Positions 58,470 to 64,000 of a stretch of 64,000 nucleotides of DNA are shown in pieces. The notes beneath the pieces were generated by a model. It made no database searches. It was not told the DNA's origin and saw nothing but the letters and a program-made list of their open reading frames with translations. Location: assembly GCA_965223345.1 (NCBI GenBank), contig CBDCWG010000012.1, forward strand, positions 2,496,001-2,560,000, given 5' to 3'. Numbering within the stretch: position 1 is the stretch's first letter; every line of letters starts with the position of its first letter. The DNA comes from Nitrospinales bacterium. Lineage in GTDB: Bacteria; Nitrospinota; Nitrospinia; Nitrospinales; VA-1. The translations under genes were made by a program, and so were the position numbers.

Positions 58470-59480
58470 ATGCTTGTTTTAGGAATAGAAACATCCTGCG
58501 ATGAAACCGCGGCGGCCGTTCTCAAGGACGGCCGCCGTCTTCTTTCCAACGTCATCTTCGATCAGACCGACATCCACAGCCGGTTCGGCGGTGTGGTGCC
58601 GGAACTGGCAGGGCGCTCGCACATCGACCGCATCCACCGCGTCGTCGATCGGGCTTTGACGGAAGCGGGCGTGCAACCCAAAGACATCGATCTCATCGCC
58701 GCGACCCAGGGGCCCGGGCTCGTCGGTTCGCTGCTTGTCGGGCTCAACGCGGCCAAGGGGCTCGCCTACGGTCTTAAGAAACCGCTGGTCGGCATCAATC
58801 ATCTGGAAGGCCACCTGCTGGCGATCTTTCTGGAAGAGGAGGTGGCGTTTCCCTACCTGGCGCTGGGCGTCTCCGGCGGGCACACCGATCTGTACCGGGT
58901 GAACGGTTTCGGCGATTACACGCAGCTCGGCCGCACGCGCGACGATGCAGCGGGCGAGTCGTTCGACAAGGTGGCGCGCATGCTGGACCTCGGCTATCCC
59001 GGCGGCCCGCTCATCGAGAATCTGGCCCGTTCGGGCGATGCCTCGGCGTGCGGTTTTCCGCGGGCGTGGCTGGAGAAGGGTTCTTTCGATTTCAGCTTCA
59101 GCGGCCTCAAGACCGCTGTGCGCACGCAGATCGAAAAACGCAAAGAACAGACATCACCTTCGAATGCCGACATCGCCGCCAGCTTCCAGGCGGCGGTGGT
59201 CGAGGTGCTGGTGAAAAAATGCATCGCCGCCTGCGAGGCGAAAGGGCTGACCCGCATCGTCGTCACAGGCGGGGTCGCCGCCAACGGAGCCCTGCGCGCC
59301 GCCGTGAAAACGGCAGCGGACGCCCGCGGCTACCGGGTGTATTTCCCCAGCCCCCGACACTGCACCGACAACGCGGCCATGATCGCCTGCGCCGCCCACC
59401 ACCGCCACCAGAGCGGAAATCTTCCAGAAGACACCCCGTTCCAGCTGGACGCCCGCGCCAGCATGCCTTTAGGATCGTAA
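58470..59480 (+). CDS. tsaD: tRNA N6-adenosine threonylcarbamoyltransferase
   Basis: GIETSCDET, HLEGH, SGGHT, DDAAGE.FDK, TDNAAMI. Confidence 0.96.
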   Translation: MLVLGIETSCDETAAAVLKDGRRLLSNVIFDQTDIHSRFGGVVPELAGRSHIDRIHRVVDRALTEAGVQPKDIDLIAATQGPGLVGSLLVGLNAAKGLAYGLKKPLVGINHLEGHLLAIFLEEEVAFPYLALGVSGGHTDLYRVNGFGDYTQLGRTRDDAAGESFDKVARMLDLGYPGGPLIENLARSGDASACGFPRAWLEKGSFDFSFSGLKTAVRTQIEKRKEQTSPSNADIAASFQAAVVEVLVKKCIAACEAKGLTRIVVTGGVAANGALRAAVKTAADARGYRVYFPSPRHCTDNAAMIACAAHHRHQSGNLPEDTPFQLDARASMPLGS

Positions 59481-59495
59481 GATCTAAAAGCCTTT

Positions 59496-59726
59496 GACAG
59501 GATTGCAGGATAAAAGCGAAGGATGGCCTCGCGCCAAGGCGCGAAGACACAAAGAAAAAAGCCTGACAGGATAACAGGATGAAAAACTCTGGATAAAAGC
59601 AGAAAAAGTGAAATCTTGTTTTAACCGCAAAGACGCAAAGGTCGCTAAGTCCCTCTCCCCGAGGGGGAGAGGAGGAAGTTTGTTCGAACCGGAATAGGAA
59701 CGCTTTTTTTATCCTGTTATCCTGTC
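59496..59726. repeat. Composite REP/MITE-like intergenic element
   Basis: Terminal inverted GACAGGAT..CAGGATAAAA (59496 and 59706-59726), internal copy at 59565, CGCAAAGACGCAAAG, CCTCTCCCC-GA-GGGGGAGAGG-type hairpin. Confidence 0.7.
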
Positions 59727-59733
59727 CCGTTTT

Positions 59734-61014
<1,281 letters not shown>

Positions 61015-61127
61015 GGCGGTCTCCGGAAGAAGGAATCGGCTTGAGAATGGCAGCCGAAGTTGTTAGTTTGTAGGGGTTTGGACCTATTTAATTGCAATTC
61101 GGGCAAAAAATCAAATCCGATTCTGCC

Positions 61128-62132
61128 ATGCGCGTTTTGATCACAGGAGGCGGGGGTTTTCTGGGAAGCCACATCGCCGAGATGCTGCACCAGCGCGGAG
61201 ACCGCGTTGCGGTTCTCGGGCGGCGCACGTTTGCCTACGCGCACCTCTCGCCTGACATCGAACGGATTCAGGGCGACATCCAGGACCGGGAATCGCTGTT
61301 CGAAGCGATTCAGGGTGTGGACGCGGTCTTTCACACGGCGGCCAAGGCCGGGGTCTGGGGGGATTACGAAGAGTATTACCACATCAATGTCGAAGGCACC
61401 CGCAATGTGGTGGAAGGCTGCCGCGAGCACGGCGTCGAAAAACTGATCCACACCAGCTCCCCCAGCGTCGTGTTCGGTGACAAGGATCTGGAAGGGGTCG
61501 ATGAAAGCGTGCCTTACCCCAATAAATATTTGTGTCATTACGCCTACAGCAAGGCGATGGCGGAGCAGGTGGTTCTGGAAGCGGACGGGGTGGGCGGTCT
61601 GACGACGGTGTCGCTGCGCCCGCATCTGATCTGGGGCATCGGCGACCCGCATCTGGTGCCGCGCATTCTCGAGCGCTCCGAGCGCGGCCGGCTGGTGCGG
61701 GTGGGGGAGGGCAAGAACCGCGTGGACATGGTGCATGTGGAAAACGCCGCGCACGCGCACGTTCTGGCCTGCGATGCGCTGAAGCCGGGAAGCCGGCTGT
61801 CGGGTAAATGCTATTTCATCAGCGACGGCGATCCGGTGAATCTCTGGGAATGGGTGGAGCGGCTGCTGCTATCGCTGGACCGGGAGCCGGTGCAGCGCTC
61901 GATCTCGTTCCCCTGGGCGCGCCGGATCGGGGCTCTTCTGGAATTTGTCTACAGCACGTTGCGCATCGATGCGGAACCGCCGATGACCCGCTTCATCGCC
62001 TCGCAACTCGCCACCTCGCATTATTTCGACATCTCGCGCGCGCAGCGGGACTTTGGCTACGCCCCCATCACCAGTCCGGATGCCGGGCTGGACCGCCTCG
62101 TCGAGCACCTCAGAGAACAGCCCTACCGCTGA
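61128..62132 (+). CDS. 3-beta-HSD-family NAD-dependent reductase, OleD-like
   Basis: TGGGGFLG, AAKAGVWG, YxxSK, LRPHLIWG.GD, PPMTRF, AQRDFGY.P. Confidence 0.82.
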   Translation: MRVLITGGGGFLGSHIAEMLHQRGDRVAVLGRRTFAYAHLSPDIERIQGDIQDRESLFEAIQGVDAVFHTAAKAGVWGDYEEYYHINVEGTRNVVEGCREHGVEKLIHTSSPSVVFGDKDLEGVDESVPYPNKYLCHYAYSKAMAEQVVLEADGVGGLTTVSLRPHLIWGIGDPHLVPRILERSERGRLVRVGEGKNRVDMVHVENAAHAHVLACDALKPGSRLSGKCYFISDGDPVNLWEWVERLLLSLDREPVQRSISFPWARRIGALLEFVYSTLRIDAEPPMTRFIASQLATSHYFDISRAQRDFGYAPITSPDAGLDRLVEHLREQPYR

Positions 62133-62174
62133 TGCTTGGTATAAAGAAAGAAACTTCTCTCCCGGAAAAGCCGA

Positions 62175-62371
62175 CCCTTCGACAAGCCTGGTTTGAGCTT
62201 GTCGAAAACCTCAGGGTGACATAAAAATTAAACGGCAGTTCTACCCCAAATCTTTTTTATCCTGTTAATCCTGTCCCTAATCCTTCCTTTCCGCCCTTTG
62301 CGTCTTTGCGGTTTATAAAAGGATTTCGGTTTTTGCTTTTTCCGTTTTCATCCCAGGATGTTCATCCTGTC
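62175..62371. repeat. Composite REP-like intergenic region related to 59496-59726
   Basis: TTCGACAAGC...GCTTGTCGAA hairpin; ATCCTGTTAATCCTGTC; 62295-62371 is an imperfect inverted copy of 59565-59641. Confidence 0.7.
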
Positions 62372-62393
62372 CGATACTTTTTTACTTTTTCTT

Positions 62394-63155
62394 TTAATCC
62401 TGCACGCTCTGCCGGTTGATCTTGTGCGCGAGGCAGCCGGCGCCGAAACCGTTGTCGATGTTGACGACGGCCACGCCGGAGGCGCAGCTGTTGAGCATGG
62501 TGAGCAGGGCGGAAAGGCCGCCGAACGAAGCGCCGTAGCCGACGCTGGTGGGGACCGCGATCACCGGGCACTCCACGAGACCGCCCACCACACTGGGCAG
62601 CGCGCCGTCCATGCCCGCTACGGCGACGATGGCGCGCGCCTCCCGCAGGCGGTCGAGCGCATTCAGCAGCCGGTGGATGCCGGCCACGCCCACATCGAAC
62701 AGGGTGTCCACGCGGCTTCCCAAAAGGTCCGCGGTGACGGCGGCTTCTTCGGCCACCGGGATGTCGGAGGTTCCCGCCGAGACCACCAGCACGTTGCCCA
62801 CGCCTTGTTGCTTTTTGCCTTTGCGGACCACCAGGGTTTTTGCGGTTGCGTTGTAGTGCGCGTGTTTCGGCAGCTTCGGTTTCAGCTTTTTGAACGTCTC
62901 CGGCTGCAGCCGGGTGCCGAGGATGTCGCTGCCGGCCTGACTCATCTTTTTGATGATGGCTAGAAGCTGCTTCGGGGTCTTGCCTTCGCAGTAGATGACT
63001 TCGGGCAGGCCGCTTCTCAGATGGCGGTGATGGTCGATGCGGGCGAATTCTAGGTCTTCGAAGGGCAGGTGCTTGAGTTTTTCCAGGCCTTGTTCGGGAG
63101 TCAGTTTCCGCTGGTGCAGGAGGGAAAGGATTTCTTTCAGATCGTCCGCCTTCAT
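62394..63155 (-). CDS. larB: Nickel-pincer cofactor biosynthesis carboxylase LarB (PurE-like)
   Basis: ARIDHHR..R.G.PEVI, AGTSDIPVAEEA, DVGVAGIHRL, PTSVGYGAS, VNIDNGFGA. Confidence 0.9.
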   Translation of the reverse strand: MKADDLKEILSLLHQRKLTPEQGLEKLKHLPFEDLEFARIDHHRHLRSGLPEVIYCEGKTPKQLLAIIKKMSQAGSDILGTRLQPETFKKLKPKLPKHAHYNATAKTLVVRKGKKQQGVGNVLVVSAGTSDIPVAEEAAVTADLLGSRVDTLFDVGVAGIHRLLNALDRLREARAIVAVAGMDGALPSVVGGLVECPVIAVPTSVGYGASFGGLSALLTMLNSCASGVAVVNIDNGFGAGCLAHKINRQSVQD

Positions 63156-64000
63156 TGCAGTCCTTTGACGCCGGAAAACTCCTCGTAGATCTCGACTTTC
63201 ATCAGGTCTTCCAGGGCCTGCTGCGGCGGTTTTTCCTCGTACAGCACACGGTAGGTTTCCTCGATGACGGACGCCTGGATGTTCAGCTTGTTCTTGAGGG
63301 ACCGAGCCGACCGCACGGTGCGGACGCCTTCGGCGACCATCTTCATGTTGCGGGTGATGTCATTGAGTTTTTCGCCTTTGCCGAGCCTGATGCCGACGTT
63401 GCGGTTGCGGCTGAGATCGCCGGTGCAGGTCAGAACCAGATCGCCCATGCCGGACAGGCCGGAGAAGGTCTCCGGCCGCGCTCCCTGGGCGGTGCCGATG
63501 CGCGTGATTTCCACCAAGCCGCGGGTGATGAGGGCGGCGCGCGGGTTGTAGCCGAGCCCCATGCCGTCGGAGATGCCGGTGGCGATGGCGATGACGTTTT
63601 TCAATGCGCCGCCGATCTCCACGCCCATCGGGTCGGTGCTGGTGAACACTTTCATCTTCGGCGTGGAAAAAATCTGCTGCACCCGCTCTGCGATCTGCGG
63701 ATCGCTGGATGCGGCCACCATCGCCGAGGGCGATCCCTGCGCCACTTCCTGGGCGAAGGTCGGGCCGGAAATGGCGGCGGTGGCGTGCGGCGCGTCCAGC
63801 ACCTGATCGAGAATCTGGTGGATGGTGCATAGGGTTTCGTTTTCGATGCCCTTGCTGGCGTTGATGATCAGCGAACCGGGCTGCACGTGCGGCTTCAGCT
63901 GCGTCACGATGTCCCGGATGACGTGGGTGGGGACCACCAGAAGCAGGGTGGATGAGGCGCGAACGGTCTCTTCCAGGGAATGCGAGGGACGGATGCTCTC
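63152..64000 (-). CDS. gpsA: NAD(P)H-dependent glycerol-3-phosphate dehydrogenase (5' end beyond the window)
   Basis: SKGIE, SGPTFA.EV, GALKNVIAI, GDLVLTC...SRN, AEGV. Confidence 0.95.
   Translation of the reverse strand, partial: ESIRPSHSLEETVRASSTLLLVVPTHVIRDIVTQLKPHVQPGSLIINASKGIENETLCTIHQILDQVLDAPHATAAISGPTFAQEVAQGSPSAMVAASSDPQIAERVQQIFSTPKMKVFTSTDPMGVEIGGALKNVIAIATGISDGMGLGYNPRAALITRGLVEITRIGTAQGARPETFSGLSGMGDLVLTCTGDLSRNRNVGIRLGKGEKLNDITRNMKMVAEGVRTVRSARSLKNKLNIQASVIEETYRVLYEEKPPQQALEDLMKVEIYEEFSGVKGLQ

Noticed and set aside
59620..59645. GACGCAAAG as a c-di-GMP-I riboswitch fragment
   Set aside because: It lies between convergent 3' ends, lacks the rest of the aptamer and is part of a repeat.

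Overview
This is a 64-kb, moderately GC-rich bacterial chromosome segment. Its gene content suggests a Nitrospina-like (Nitrospinota) nitrite oxidiser, but this is inference only. Most of it is housekeeping: aguA/aguB, mfd-PPIase-PPIase-tilS-ftsH-folP-pdxJ, gap-tpiA-secG-tRNA-Leu(GAG), a Rieske/cytochrome b operon with an octaheme cytochrome c, metF, rne, ftsEX-envC-ctpA-tsaD, gdhA, larB and gpsA. The best candidate for a new system is a minus-strand three-gene operon at 35555-38185. It encodes a small secreted Asn/Asp-rich protein, a CsgG/HfaB-family lipoprotein and a secreted protein of eight ~47-aa beta-type repeats. This order and architecture match the Caulobacter holdfast-anchor operon hfaA-hfaB-hfaD (curli-like export), and a lytic transglycosylase fused to a FimV-like LysM domain lies just upstream. 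Other oddities are a low-GC islet with a duplicated promoter/leader, a detached N-terminal piece of cytochrome b subunit IV, a dead Mrr-like membrane protein in the bc operon, a Cys-less Lpd-like flavoprotein, a displaced and enlarged PGK, a promoter-terminator mini-transcript ahead of gap, and REP/MITE-like repeats bracketing gdhA-oleD. I saw no CRISPR array, rRNA, integrase or transposase. All homology calls are motif recognition from memory, not database searches.
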